A DNA stretch of 64,000 bases. Origin: Azolla caroliniana. Lineage: Eukaryota; Plantae; Polypodiophyta. Of the stretch, positions 23,983 through 46,400 are shown piece by piece. Where the stretch lies: positions 20,088,001 to 20,152,000 of the forward strand of contig JBHGNT010000003.1 in the NCBI GenBank assembly GCA_043228905.1, written 5' to 3'. The stretch's first letter is position 1, and each line of letters begins with the position of its first letter. The notes beneath the pieces were generated by a model. The model searched no databases, was not told the DNA's origin, and worked only from the letters and a program-made list of their open reading frames with translations. A program made the translations under genes and the position numbers.

Positions 23983-24639
23983 GATTTACTGTATTTGATG
24001 CTCTGAATACCTAATCTTTTTAAAAGGGAAAACTCCTACTCCCTTTGATCAACAAACCCTAATCGTTTTAAAAGGGGGATACACCTCCTTGTAAGTAATA
24101 AACCCTAATTTTTTCCAGTAAAATACCTCCACCTGGGCAACAGAGATGTACATCCAAATGAAGATATATTAATACATATTCATGGAACCAAATGCGATGC
24201 AATTTTTATAAGAAGAAGCTCAGAAAATGTCCAATATTTTCCTAGGAAAAAGGGACTAAAGAGCATGATCTGTGGTAACATGTAGAAGGATGGAGCACGA
24301 TACATACACGCACACCCGGGGATTAAAAAATGGAAACAAAAATAAATAAAATTCAAGAACCTGATCAGGGATTTCGTGACCCTCCGACAGAAGCCGAAGA
24401 ACGAGGGGTAGGGGAGGAGGGGGTGATCTGCAGAGTTAGGGTTTTGTGATCACCATCAGCAAGAATGACAGAATGATGAATTGAGTGAATGAATGATTAT
24501 CTCTGTATAGTACAGTGGAGGGATGCATTGAAGAGGGCTCCACATTTCACGAATTTACAGATATAAACCCCACCATCCATTTCCTCTCCATTTATGAGCT
24601 TACCCCAAACTTAGACCCAATGTCCACATACATGTACAT

Positions 24640-24822
24640 GTGCATACATACATACATTACACATATACATATACATATACATATCATTATGTATACATAC
24701 ATACATTACATACACACATACATATACATACATATACATACATACATACGTACATACATACATACATACATACATACATACATACATACATTACACACAC
24801 ACATACATGCATACATAGCATA
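24640..24822. repeat. (TACA)n/(TA)n compound microsatellite
   Basis: Seen directly. Confidence 0.95.
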
Positions 24823-24964
24823 CAAGAGTCTGGCATACTTATTTGGCATTAGTTAGTCTATCCTCGATATCGTGAAACATTGTTTGGACCATTCTTATTT
24901 ATTTATTTTTAAAAAAAGAATATATCTTGTCATTAGTGTAAACATTTTTACAAGATTTTAAACT

Positions 24965-25270
24965 CTATGTGATCGGCAAGGGAAACAACCATTCCGGAGG
25001 CTGAAAATGCCAATAAGGAGTACCATAATTGGATGACAGGAATGGAGTAGTTGTCCAGACAATGATAAACTCATGTCGTTGAGCAATTTTAACATCAAAG
25101 TCTCCAACTATACCATCCCGTTGTCCCTTCAAAGTATGAACTATGTCTAACCAAATATTTGAAACCAATTCAGTCGGTAATGTTTTAAGCTGATAGAAAA
25201 TGAGAGAGCACTGAACCTTCCAAATGTGATATATAGTGGTACTACTCAGTATCTCCCATACTGGTAATGT
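24965..25270 (-). mobile_element. Possible L1-type LINE ORF2 C-terminal remnant
   Basis: Trp-rich peptide IWLDIVHTLKGQ...WHFQPPEWLFP followed by a stop; resemblance only. Confidence 0.35.
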
Positions 25271-27393
25271 ATTTCGTTTGGACCATTCTTATTCATTCAC
25301 ATGTCTACAAACTTTGAGTCCGTGAAAAGCGCAGTCAAGCTGCAATTGTACATTTCCAAATGTTGAAATTTAGAAAGGCTGCTTCAATACCTAAATTATT
25401 GGTTTTCCTTGTTGTGGTTCGAATATTAGTCGCTTCAAGCATATTGCTTAGTAGCCTACAATCTCTTCAAAGTCTTGGCCTCCTTTTTTTCTTTTTCTTT
25501 ATTAGTTCCATGTATGTACTAAGCACAATTTGCAACATTTGATTTCAGTCAAGGAAGCTCGAAGTGTTTCTTAAATTGTAATATTTACAAGCTTAGGAGA
25601 CATTGAGATGTGAAAATTAATCATCTATTGAAAGTGCCCATGAAGGTAGCCCATGCTTACGAAATCTCTTGTGTTTTCTCATAACCATGTATAAAATGTA
25701 GAAATTTCGTCATCTATAACATACTTTTAGATCACGAAAACAAGTCCTCTTTAGTATTCTAATGAGAATTGTTTCCCTACCTCTCTTCTAAGTTAATATT
25801 CCTTAACAGAACCATGTCTCATGGTGGTATCATGGATATTGAATATTGAAAAGTGGTGGACATTGCATGAAGAAAAAGCATGTTATGTATTGTATGAAGC
25901 TTGTGTGTTGCCTAATTACACAAGGGAGACTATAGTGGCTAGTTTGATTTGTTTTCTTTGGTTTAAATTGATTGAAATAGGTTAGTTATAATCATAATTA
26001 ATATTGTGCTAATATTTGGGGATGCCATGTGGGTTAAACAACATTAGAAATATAATTCACGCATAAAAGGACTTTGATTATGCTTAATTGTAAACCAACC
26101 ACTAACAAACTAGCAAACATATGAGATGCAACTTTGATTTAAAGACTTGAAAAAGCTTATAATCAAGTTTTAGTTTGAAATTATGACATTCTATGATGCA
26201 ATCAATTAGCTTTTTTAAAAAGGATGTACATTTAGATGTAAGGAAATTTCACCAGTGGTAATCATTTCCAAATGTACATCTTATTTCAGAAGTTGTTGAA
26301 ACTATTACACCTATTCACATAAATTCACTTGATGACACATTCTACAATCATTCCATTTTATTGCATGTAATATGAGTATTTACATTATTGCATTTAGGTT
26401 TCTCACTCATTGAAAGGCCTATACAAACAATTGCACATGATTGGGATGGGTATATTTCTATCTACACTTATTTATTGTTTGGTAATGTTTATGATAGTGG
26501 ATTACTAAACAAAGTTATAAGCAATAGAGATATTCCAATATCAATCTATGCATGTTATTTCTTATCTATGCTCTTCGGACATTTCAAAAAATGGAATAAA
26601 ATGAGTACTTGAACATATTACTTTTCCATTGCTTTTTTGAGCACACGTTATTCATTTGACGGTTGATGTTGTAGGAATGATAAAACAACATATTAAATAA
26701 GATTGGGCTATGACAATCATACACATGCACCTACAACAAAACAAGGAAAGTATGTAGAGCAAGGTAGTGCAAAATTTTACAATACATACCCTTCTACAAA
26801 TGGTTAGACAGATTAAGATAACAAATGACATTGGGGGGGGGGGGGGGGGGATATCCTTGAGTTTCGGCATGATGAGTCTACGATGTACAACTCCTCTCAC
26901 ACATTATCGTGATTCAATACCTCATGAAAATTCATATATCAACAAAGCTTGGCCACTCAACCTTCCACATTTTACGAACCCAACAATGAGCTCTCTTGCT
27001 CATTTTATAGCATTTTATAGAAATAGTGGTGCATCTTTTAGCGTGCACTTGATCTTATATTTACATGGGCACCTAATGCTAGTAAAATGTTTGTTTGGAT
27101 GTACATCTATACCACTCACTTCATTCTCATTTTTGAGGCATTATAGCTCATCGTGTTCCTTCCATTACCCTTACAAGGTTCAAACCTTCAAGTGGTTAGC
27201 TCTTACCATTTGAGTTATCTTTCGATGTTGTGTTAATCTTTATCTCCTATTATTTTCTCTAGTGACCTTTTCCTCCAAAATCTTGACCTATTGTAAAACT
27301 TTACAATCAATCAATGGGTTCAAGAAGATATACAAACTCTACTATTGTAAATTGTATTATAAGGTTTGGATATTTACCATAAAGGTTCAGTGC

Positions 27394-27792
27394 CATTGTT
27401 GTAAAATACTTCGCATAAAGTACGCGTACAATATGTATTCTAAGTATTCTACAAGTATTCTAACTTCTTCTTTTTAAATACTTAGAATACGTATTTTATA
27501 GATAAAAAACGTTAAATACTTAGAATATGTGTAGAATACTTAGAATACGTTTAGAATATGTGTAGAATACTTAGAATATATGTAGAATACTTGTAAAATA
27601 CGTTAAATACTTCTTAAATTTTAAAGTTTTTTTTTCAATTTTTTTTTTTTGAAATGATAAATACTTGTTAAATACGTTGAATACGTCAAAATTTTAAAAA
27701 CAGCAGTTCTAAAACGTAGAATACATGCAGAATACTTCAGAGTATTCTAAAACGTACTCTAAACGTAGAATACGCGTTTTTTAACATCTATG
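27394..27792. mobile_element. hAT-type MITE
   Basis: TIRs CATTGTTGTAAAA / TTTTAACATCTATG, 8-bp TSD TTCAGTGC / TTCACTGC, internal AGAATAC repeats; inverted copy at 48125-48463. Confidence 0.88.
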
Positions 27793-27818
27793 TTCACTGC
27801 CCCATATTGAATATTCAA

Positions 27819-27942
27819 AAGGTGTCGGTGGTAAGGTGGGGGTACGAAGGTGATTTGGGTCCATAGACCAATGATTTGTCAAGGTGTCGGTGGTAAGGTG
27901 GGGGTACGAAGGTGATTTGGGTCCATAGACCAATGATTTGTC
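27819..27942. repeat. Perfect 62-bp tandem duplication
   Basis: 27819-27880 is identical to 27881-27942. Confidence 0.95.
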
Positions 27943-27949
27943 ACTTGAC

Positions 27950-29000
27950 TGGAGCGTTTATTCAAGTTGAAGGTGAGGCCCTAACTAGCATGGTCAAAGT
28001 GATAGAATTGTAACGAGTCAAAAAAGGAGAACAATAAGCAACACTTGTACGAATGCTTGCTTAAATGTCGAGGTATTTATCTACAATGGTCTTCATGAAT
28101 TGGAGCATCCGGATTTCCATGTGGTAATGCCCGCGAGGGTAGGGGAAAATATGCCAATTGAAAAGCAAGGTGAGGCAGATCCTCTTGGTTGCTATGTAGT
28201 CTGACCATGGTGAATGTAGGGGGAGAGGGGAAAAGACGTCGTTAGTGCGGATCTATGAGTGATGGTTCACGAACCACTTTCAGCATTTGTGAGTTTTTCT
28301 TGGATCTTCGAAGAAAGGTAGGCACCAATGTGATAGGGGATCCCAGATCTCACGAGACTAGCCTGTCCCATTTGCCGACAATAAAAACATTAAAAACATT
28401 GTCCGGGGAGTCTAGCCAACTCCCACCTTCTGTTCCATTAAATCTCCTTCTGCATTTTGGTAGCATTATCTTTGTAGGTAAGGCTTCCAGTGATCCTACC
28501 AAGATTCGGGCCGACGGGAATCCTGACATTTTAGTTATTCTTGCTGCCATACTTTCTTGGATTTTTCACCACTGTTCCGATTCTCGAAGCTATCGCTCGA
28601 AGCATCGACAAATACTCTTTACGCAATCCCGAGAAGACAATCGTTAGCAGAAATATACAATCTCCTTTCCGTACCCACTGATTCGATGGTATCCAAGTCC
28701 ACATTATAAAATCCTCGTCCCATAAATTGGACATCCCTTATCCTATCAATTAATCCCTGCATAGAGGCTTGTAAAAGATCTTTGCACTCACCTCTATTCG
28801 GCCGAGCTCCCACCACTCTCTGCAGATCACGGAGAGTTGGGTTAGACGATGAACCTCCGATCTGAATTCAGCCTCCTCTTCGGGCGAGAATACAATTGGC
28901 AGAGGCCGCTCCTCAGAATATGATGGTGGGGATGCTTCTTTAGAGTTCCCCTGTTGTGTCATTGAGGTGGTTCTCGTTTTTCTCCCAGATTCAAGCAATT
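27950..29000 (-). mobile_element. Degenerate L1-type LINE ORF1 (DUF4283-like) fragment
   Basis: Frameshifted peptides SVICR/VVGARPNRG..DLLQA..DVQFMGRGFY and ARILV..LEALP resemble plant L1 ORF1. Confidence 0.55.
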
Positions 29001-30169
29001 AATTTCTTGGCAACTTTAGGATTAAAGCTAGAAGGTTCTCAATTTCTGTTTGGTTGTAGAATAAAGTAATTGAAACATTGTAATTAGGGATTAAAGGTAA
29101 ATTATAAACCTTTATACTCTCCCAATTGTGATTGTACTAATTTTAAATAAGGAAGAACTATATTTAAGGTGACATTATAATTTTAAATAAGGAAGAACTA
29201 TAAAGGTGACATTATATAAACCTCTTTTAAGGGGTTCTTCTGCGTTATAATCCCTAGAGCTAGAATATAGTCTTTCTCTCTATAGACTTATTGAAGCTTA
29301 ACCATGTTGGCGATTTATCATCCCTTTCCTTTGCTTTCAAACGAATGTGCGGATTGTCGTAAAGTCTTTACTAGTTAAGCAACCATTTAGTTGAGTTCAG
29401 AGGTTGATTAAGTAGTGGAGTAAGATTAGAGCTTGCTTGAATAGTTGGTTTATGTATTATTTGCTAAAGCGTGATTGTCACCCACTCTCACCCATCTCAC
29501 TAACAAAAGGATTGATGCTTATAGATACCCAAACACGGATCCGAGGTGGTTCTCTAGAACATTGAAGTATGAAGTAATTTTTGGGCAGAGCAATGAAGGA
29601 CTCTATAAGAACCTAAAAAGCATAATTGAAAACCTACAACTCTAACCTTTTGATGACAATCAAGAGTTGGATTTGGCATGTTCGATCTCATGAACACCTA
29701 TGGAAAATATCATACATACTTATCATACCATAGTCACAGCGAGAAAGTCATAGGGGACTTGACCCCATGACCTTGGGGGGTGAGAGTCGACGAAATGGTA
29801 AATGTGCCAATATTTGCTAGACTTATGTTGTGTTCAAATTTCTTGCATCATTCAACATTTTTGGCATTTGGTTGGGATACTTGCTAGTATTACTTGTAGG
29901 CGGATTAAAATGATGAAAATTTTCAACGTTTTCGATGATTTTTATTGCCGCGATCTGGTACTATTGCAAAAAAAGGTCCACAGTGGCATTTTCAACAATA
30001 TCTTTGTCGATACCTGGTAAAGTTCAAGCGCCAACCAAAACAACTAGCCCATTCTATGTCTGGGATCAATACTTTAAAATTATGGTGTTGATGAAAGTCA
30101 AAGTCTACGAACTACATACTCAACTCGCTCATATACCATTAGAGCTTTGCTACTTTCTTACAAGCCAAG

Positions 30170-30280
30170 TTTGTATGTATGTATGTGTATATGTATGCAT
30201 GTATCTATGTAATATGTATGTACGTGTATATATATATGTATGTGTATGCATGTATGTATGTAATATGTATGCAATGTATT
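30170..30280. repeat. (TATG)n microsatellite
   Basis: Seen directly. Confidence 0.9.
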
Positions 30281-30683
30281 GTGGGCATAGTGCGTAAAAT
30301 TCGTGTTCGTCTAGCATAACATTCGTTTTCCTACGTTGGAAAACGAATGCGAATGATATTCAAACATTCTCGTGTTTTTATTTTATTTTATTTCTCTTTT
30401 TTTTTAATGTTTTTCTTTTTCCATTTTTTAGGCTTATTTACCTCATAATAAATAGTTAATCCAAAAGTATGGTATTGATCATTCTTTGAGGGTGTTTTTT
30501 TTCTGACGCGAATGATTGAAGTATGGTACGTATGGTTCATACATATATGTACTATGATTGTAGGTGTGAAGGCACCCTCCTCCCTCTCTCTCTCTCTCTG
30601 TCTTTCTTTCTCGGGGAAGTTGGACAGAGAAACTAACGTAACGGGGGGGGGGAGAGAGAGAGAGAGAGAGAGAGAGAGTAGCG

Positions 30684-30940
30684 ATGGCAATGGAGGAGGT
30701 AGCGATGGTGAGGAGTGGGGAGCAGAGGGCTGGCATGGTTCGATCCCTACCGTTGAAGCAGCAGGATGCCAAGGTCTCCAACCTCGCCTTCTGGGGCCGT
30801 GTCATCGCATCCAACGGCCGCGATTACCTCCTCGCCCGTGCCTCCACACAACCCCCTTCTTCCTCTTCCTCCTCGCTCCTCACCTTCTTCAACAAATATT
30901 ACTACAGGTACTTCTTCCCCATTCGCCAAACCCTAATCCT

Positions 30941-30983
<43 letters not shown>

Positions 30984-33084
30984 ATATACCCCTTCCCCCT
31001 TGATGCTACATTTTGGAGGTACTGGTTCCCACATGCACATGATCTTCTTCTTCTTGTTTTTTGTTTCTTGTTTGTGTCCTTCATTTTTCTTCATACATAT
31101 ATGCATACATTTCATGTCCTTGTTTGTGATCTCTTTGTGCTCAATGGCCCTTTATCAAATGGCATGGAAGATTGGGTATAATAAAACTTGGATGGCCATA
31201 TCCATTCACCTTCAAAAAGGAAAGGTTTTTGACTGTATAACTATATAGTATTTATGATAGTATTTATGATACTGTATAATTATATAGTATTTATGATACC
31301 AATGAATTTCTTTTTTATCATTCAACATATTGACAATATATGAATAGCCACTCTGTATCTACATATAAAGACAAATTTTTGTACATTCTTCCTTTTGAAA
31401 TCAGCCAAGATGGGGTGAGATGGATGGATTTACAAGATATATCCGAAGAGACCTATAATTCATGCAAAAGCATTCGTGGATGTTTTACCGGAGAACCTAG
31501 TCACATCTACCCTCTCTCTATCAAAGTCCCACCTTCAGAAAGTAAAGTACCATATAACGCATGCATTCTTAACAAACTTGGCATTTGACACATGCACAAA
31601 CTACATTTTAAACTACGCTGTCTTCTTGAAGGTGACCCAAACATGAATAGCGATGAAATACAAAATGACACCGATTGTAAACAAATGAATGAAGAAATCT
31701 GTCAAGAATCAAACAATGAAGTTGACCAAGAGGATGTTGAAATAAGGCAAGATGATGATGAAGATGCAATAAATGATTCGCCAAATGATGGTTCGAACAA
31801 TGATGAGGAAAAGAAATCAACATCAAACAGTGGTTTTAAGATATTAGAGATTGGTGAGGTAGATGTCGTATGACAACTTCATTTTCATTGTCCCTTCAAA
31901 TTTTGGCATCCCAACTTTCTTTGATCAAAGTTACTCACATCTCGAAAGATTATTATAAATATCGTACTTTTGATACGTAATTCATACATGTCTATATTAA
32001 CACTAGACATGTGCTAATAACCTTTATGCTTCTATCACAGCTAGATCGATTAACGGCTCTAATGAAACAAGTGGACTATGAGTGTGGTGTTATCCCTAAA
32101 GGAGCACTTGTATTTGATGCGAAGAAGAACCTTGTGAAAAATATTTACTTTCCAGGTGAATAATTGTGCGCAATCATGTAGAAAATCGTCATAATCTTAC
32201 ACATGAATAATAATATGCCATGATAATGCATTTCTCGCCGATTTTTTGCTCATGCTTAGGAATGTGTAAAAAAGGACACAATAATATAGGAAGATGGAGG
32301 GAGACCTTTTGCCTTAAACTACATCCACCTTTTTTGAAAATTAGTGAAAAAAGGTCACTTGCACATGAATCAAAAATACCAAAAGCATGTATGAGAACCA
32401 AGCAAAGGCACAATGAATTCATAGCTATCTATTCTAGTCACGGGGAAAATATTACAAGGCTTTACATGAAAGAGGATGGTGGTTGACCATGCACCAAAAC
32501 ATTTATAGTTCATGTGATGAAATGATGAGATATGAACCATGTGACAGAAAATACACGAGCTCTAACAAGTATAGTTCTTGCATTAAATGATTTGAAAGCT
32601 AACGAATGGAACTCTGAATGACTCCTTATAGGTGTTAAGTTTTTGCAAGATTTAGACTCTTATGTACACCTATTTCAGAATTATGAAGAAACTCCTCTAT
32701 CCAATGATGTCCGCGGTAAGATTGTCATCTCCCTTATTATAAACAAATTATTTTAAATAAAGTGTGTCCATTGATTCATATATATGTGGGGGGGGTCTTT
32801 AGCCCAACGTCTCCATTTAAATAATTTTGTTGTTTTGAATCGATTACAAAAGAAAAACATGTATGACATTTTGTTAAAATTCCTTCTACGATACACAAAA
32901 ATAATAACAAGAGTTCACAAATTTAGGATGTTGGTGTATCGAGATACTGCCATTTGAGGGTGTTATACTTCGAAGCCTTTGGTGGCCAGGATACACGTTT
33001 CACTACAATACTATAACCAAGGAGTTCAGCTCCATCTATTTTGGCTTGGGATTGAAAAACATTGACCTTCCTTTCACATTGTAG
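30684..33084 (+). CDS. RSPH9: Radial spoke head protein 9 homolog; exons 30684-30907, 31405-31541, 31632-31858, 32041-32155, 32632-32715, 32927-33084
   Basis: GT-AG exons join in frame; motifs FWGRVI..DYLLA, IRGCFTGEPS, RL..QVDYECGVIPKGA, LRSLWWPG..F, IYFGLGLKNIDLPF.L* match the RSP9 family. Confidence 0.92.
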
Positions 33085-35003
33085 CTTTTATTTATTTCAA
33101 TGTGAGATCTCATATTTTATTGATGTCTATGTAATGTATGTAGCGAGATGACAGAAAACATCATTTGTCTTCATGCAAGCACATCCAATCAATTAGATAA
33201 TCTGATTGTCAAAAGCTAGTGTGAAAGCAAACTTTTACCTAGTATTCGGCTTTTAAAGAGTTACATATGCATACGTACATCGCAATAAAATGTAAGGTAA
33301 CAAATGATACATTAATAATTTAGTGAAAGACATGTAAAACCACCAAGTGAATTGATATGATCAAAGAAAATTATGTCAAAAAATCTGTGCATTAATGGTT
33401 TCTTTCGTACTTCCGTGACAATACTTGAATATCTCCAAAAGAATCTAGAACTTTGTTGCAAAACAATCTTTACTTACCGAGAGAAATGAGATAATTGTTG
33501 CAAGGAAATTGGCATTCTTGTAAATTTTCTTATGTAGATAATAGTTGTGTTAAATGCGCAAAGTTGTCTTTGCATTGATGTTGGAGGACAATGTAATGTG
33601 AAGTTGCAACATATTGTCAACATGTTATATTCGAAAATAAGCCCACCGATGAGAGAAGGGTTTCTATGTCTCATAACAAATGTAAACATTGGAAAGCCTT
33701 CTTGTTTCCCTTCTCCATAATTGAAACGCATTCATGATAGATACAGTGGTCTCATATGCTTATAAAGAAGTTTGTTTAATCCAATAAGTGAAATTCATTC
33801 CATGTTTATGTTCTTTACTGTTTTGATTTGGCGGAACGTGCTCATCAAAACGTTTAGATTCTTTGACACCCTTTGAACTTTTTGTTAAAAAGCATTATGT
33901 GACCTCCAAGTATGCTCATAATGGAATCACATGCGACTCCTCATAAAGATACACAGCATTATTCACATACAAGGGGGAAGCGTTTCTACAAGGAACATTA
34001 AAAGGGAGGAGAAGTTAAACAAAAATCACAAACACTACCTCAAACACTAATAATGGAGACCACCCTCTACCATCACCCAAGCAAGTTACCTACCAATAGA
34101 AATGACCCACCAAACAAGGAAAACACCCTCCATACATAAGAACTCCTATGATCTAATGTGAACATGAGCAACCCATTTTGTTATGGAGACCATAGAATGT
34201 TACTAAAAACAAGTCTTCCCAATAGACAAGGATAATGCAACTACGGCTTTCTTGGAATCTAGGTTGTCATGGAATGCTTGTACAGAGTACATTGGATCTG
34301 CATGTTCTACTCCTCCAAGGTTATATCACTTAATAGCAATTCATTATGTCATATAAACAAGAGCCATGACTTAGTACTAACAAGGTACCATTATTAGGGT
34401 ACCATTTAATAATAAAGGAAGCAAATCCATGCTAGACAATAAGCTACTATTAAATTCTCTAATGAACCAACTCTTTGCATAGACCAGTAAATTGCTGAAT
34501 ATTGGCACTGGTGGTAAAAAACAGATTAAACTTTTTTGTTGAGATTGGACAGATAAGCTTTCTATAGGGCTACTTTCTTGAAAGAAAGGTACTTCAAAAA
34601 TGGGTAGAACTAAAAAACAAAAATTTTGGTTAATGCATATACATTTTTGCAGAGAAACACTAGGAAACCAGCAGTCCTGCCTTGCCGATTGACTGTTGGT
34701 AGACTGTAATGCTCCACAATATAATGCTCCAAGTAAATTAATTGAATGGAAGCAAAAATGATTAATGTATTTCAGAGCAAGTGCACAGGAAAGAAAAGGC
34801 AACCAATTTGCTATTAAACAGCAAAGTGGATTAGACAATATTGGTTCTGTTGATATGGTACATGAAAAAATTGTGTATGTTTTGGTGGCCAAAACTCTAA
34901 AACAACACGACGTGATATGGTTGCTTAGAAAAATAGAGCTCCCAAAACTCTATACAAGAGTACAATGTGTAAACAGTTGCTTTGAAAATTTTAAAAAACT
35001 GTT

Positions 35004-43218
<8,215 letters not shown>

Positions 43219-43235
43219 CGTCTTCCTCTGACGAC

Positions 43236-43425
43236 GGAGAGAGAGAGAGAGAGAGAGAGAAATGCAAAGGAAGGAAAAGCCTCTGTTTTTCTTTGTTTTT
43301 CTTTTTTGGCTTCATATGAAATGTGTATTTATTTATTTACTTCACGAAAGCGTTTGTTTATTTCGCTGGATACCCCCCTCCACTTTTCTTTATTTCCCCA
43401 AAATGCCCCTGTCCCAAAGAAGAGA
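43236..43425. repeat. Proximal copy of the ~190-bp duplication flanking the LINE (PRP16 5' UTR / core promoter region)
   Basis: Aligns end to end with 47441-47651. Confidence 0.92.
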
Positions 43426-46400
43426 AAGAAAGAAAGATATATTAACGTCTTCTAAGGCCAAAATTGGCCCATGAGACAATTGGTTTACAACAAAAATGGG
43501 GTATTTACCCATTAATCGAAAGAAAAAACAAAAACAAAATAAAATAAGATAGAGCTTCAGCTAAGTTCTACTAATAAATAAAAACATGTTCTATAAGGAA
43601 ATGGCTTTATACTAGACCTAGTTTCATTTCCAACCAAGTCTCTCGAAAAGAAGCGGAAGGTCAAAGGGTTTCAATGTGGATGTGGCCTGTGGTCCTAATG
43701 TAAGAGGTGCCCCAACCATAGCTTCTAGGCGGTGTAGCTCACGTTCTCTTATCTTCTTAATCATTTCTACTCTGCGCCGAGTTGCTTTGAAGCCCAACAT
43801 CCAAGGGCGTTTGGTTGTTCTTTGCATTTTCGCTTCATCAAGAGAGAGGCCGAGTGGCATAGGTGTGTCCACCTTTATTGTCTCCCCTTGTTCCTGAAAA
43901 ATTACATTAGTTTCATATTGGTGGATATTAAAAGGGTTATCATTAACACTTTGTAATTTATTCTCCCTATGTTGTTTTAGTTCTAAGATATACCTACCTA
44001 GTCTCTTTATATCCGGGGTATCTAATAGCTTGGAGAGGGTGGGAGAGGGTCCTAGTATGCTTGGTATTTCGCCCTTATCTCAGCATAAGTTGGACAGTTA
44101 CATGTAAAGTGATGCTCATCCTCTATCTCTATGTGACATAACTGACATAGCCTTTCCTCTCTAGGGACTCTATTAACACGATCATTCTCAATCTCAAGTT
44201 GGTGAGATGATATCCTAAGTTGTCCAATGGCTACCCTTAGTGCATTTGATAAGAATGTACTAGATATTTTGGTTGTGTAATAAAACCTAACTTAGAGAAG
44301 TGCAAGAAGTGTTCCTTATAGTACAACATTTTAGATGAGTGGCTCTCGTGGGGTAAATCATTTATATCAGGTGTAAATTTGTCATACTTCTTGGTGTATT
44401 ACTTTATTACGGTCTTCATGAGAGATTAAAGTTTGATTAGTCCCATGGTTTTACTTAAGGGGAGGTAGGTTATTAATGTCTATGCCATTTGCAAGTAACC
44501 AACTCACTATAGTGTTATACCAAGAGCGAGTGTCTCCAGACGCATATAGGGATCAGGATGCCTCAAAGGCTTGACGTGATATCCTATCTTGCGATTGGCT
44601 ATGTATCCTATGAGTAAAAACTACCACTTGGAAGAGTGCTTCTACTAGCATTGGGGGCAAACTGAACTCTGCTCTAATAATGTCATGCGGTACTGTCAAT
44701 TTGCTTCGGAGTTGACGTGATACCATCATCACTAGAGGTCTCTCTAATTGCGTCCACATAAAGGATGGTAGACGTGGAGCCCATAATATTGATGCGTACA
44801 TGAGGGAAGGGATCACTAATGAGTCAAAAGCCATCCCTTGGTCCGTGGCTCTTGAAAGTATGCATGGTGGCATTGTCTCTCTAAGAATGAGAGGGATGCA
44901 TACCCTCTCGTTAGTCTATCTTTGGTTGCTTGGGTCATCAAGAATTTACCTGAATGAGCACTAAAGGTGACTCCCAAGTACACATATGATCCAACTACCT
45001 CAACTAGTTTATGAGAGAGGATTAGGTGACATTTACTCCTAACTCGAGACGATGTATGAAAGATAAGAACTTTAGTTTTCACTAGATTCACTACCAGACC
45101 TCGTTGTGTGAAAAAGTCATCTAGGGCATTAAGATGCTTTTGTAGGTCGTGTTCAGACTCCGAGAGCAAGACGATGTCATATGCATAGAGTAAGAGCCTA
45201 ACTTGCATACCCCTAATGGCTACTCCATTGCCTCCCTTACGAGCAATAAAATCAATTATCTCATCAATGTAGATCCCAAAAAGAGTCGACGATAGGGAGC
45301 AACCCTATTTTACAGCAATGGTGCTGGCGAAGCAATCAGATAGGCCACCTGGGCATCTTACGCAGCTAGAGACTTGCTCTTACGCTTCTAAAACCAACCA
45401 GCTCAAGTGCTCAAAGACTTAAGGCTTCCATATAATCGTTGAGCTATGCTTCCATTACTGCACCATATAGTTTAGCGAGCGTATGACCTATCATAATGGT
45501 CCTATATGTATTTGGGTCCATTGGGTGCCCTCCTTTATATATAGGAACCATTGTGTTCATGGTCCATTGTGGTGGAAAACCCTAGGCGAGGGCACAATTA
45601 AAGATTAGTGTGAGAAAAGGGGCTAGGCACTCTCGAGCATATATGATGTGCTCGGTTTGAAAACCTGTGTGGTCCATGGATTTCCTATGTTGTAGTTTTT
45701 TTATGACCTTTGTGAACCTAGAGGTCGTGAAAAGTGTCGTCATGGTAGGTCGAGGTGTGGAGGGCATGGGGATGGGTGGTTGGTTTGGGACGTGGTAGAG
45801 TCCCTTTGTATATGTGTGCCAAGTGTTGGGATCCTCGATGGGTGTTTGTGATCTCAGTTCCCGTTGTCTCTTCCATGCAAGGGCACAATCCCTACTCATG
45901 AGCATGTGGTAGAGCTCCCAATATTGAGACGCTTCCTAGGCTCGTATTTTAGGACGTGTCATCGTGCGCATCTCTTTGCGAACCTGTACTAAGGAAATAA
46001 TACCACAGTCGCAACACTTTAAGTTGTTTATACAAGTCTCTACAATCCTCATCATACACTTATTATGTGGCATAGAACCTGTTCTACTGTGATTGGAGTG
46101 TTTCACGTATGGGAGCTATTGATTGTTGTTGAGTGAAGGATGTGTGTGAGTTCTGTAATGAGGTTCTCTAAAGGCAGGGAAGGATCAAGAGAGGAGAGAT
46201 GGACTTGAACACGTCGGGAGTAGATTTCAGAGAGCTCATGCGTGAAATGTATTGTGGTGTGATGGTTTGGTTGACTAGGGTTGGTGGTGTTGGAGGTGTC
46301 ACACTTTATCTCAAAGTATAGGAAGCTATGCTTGGCACCAATAGGGCATGGGGCCACGGGAAGGAGTTAATCATGTGGGTAGCTTTAGGGCGTCCTATTA

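Noticed and set aside
24515-24856. His/Thr/Tyr/Ile-rich ORFs
   Set aside because: Translation of a (TACA)n microsatellite
29140-29216. ~40-bp tandem duplication
   Set aside because: Ordinary slippage in AT-rich DNA
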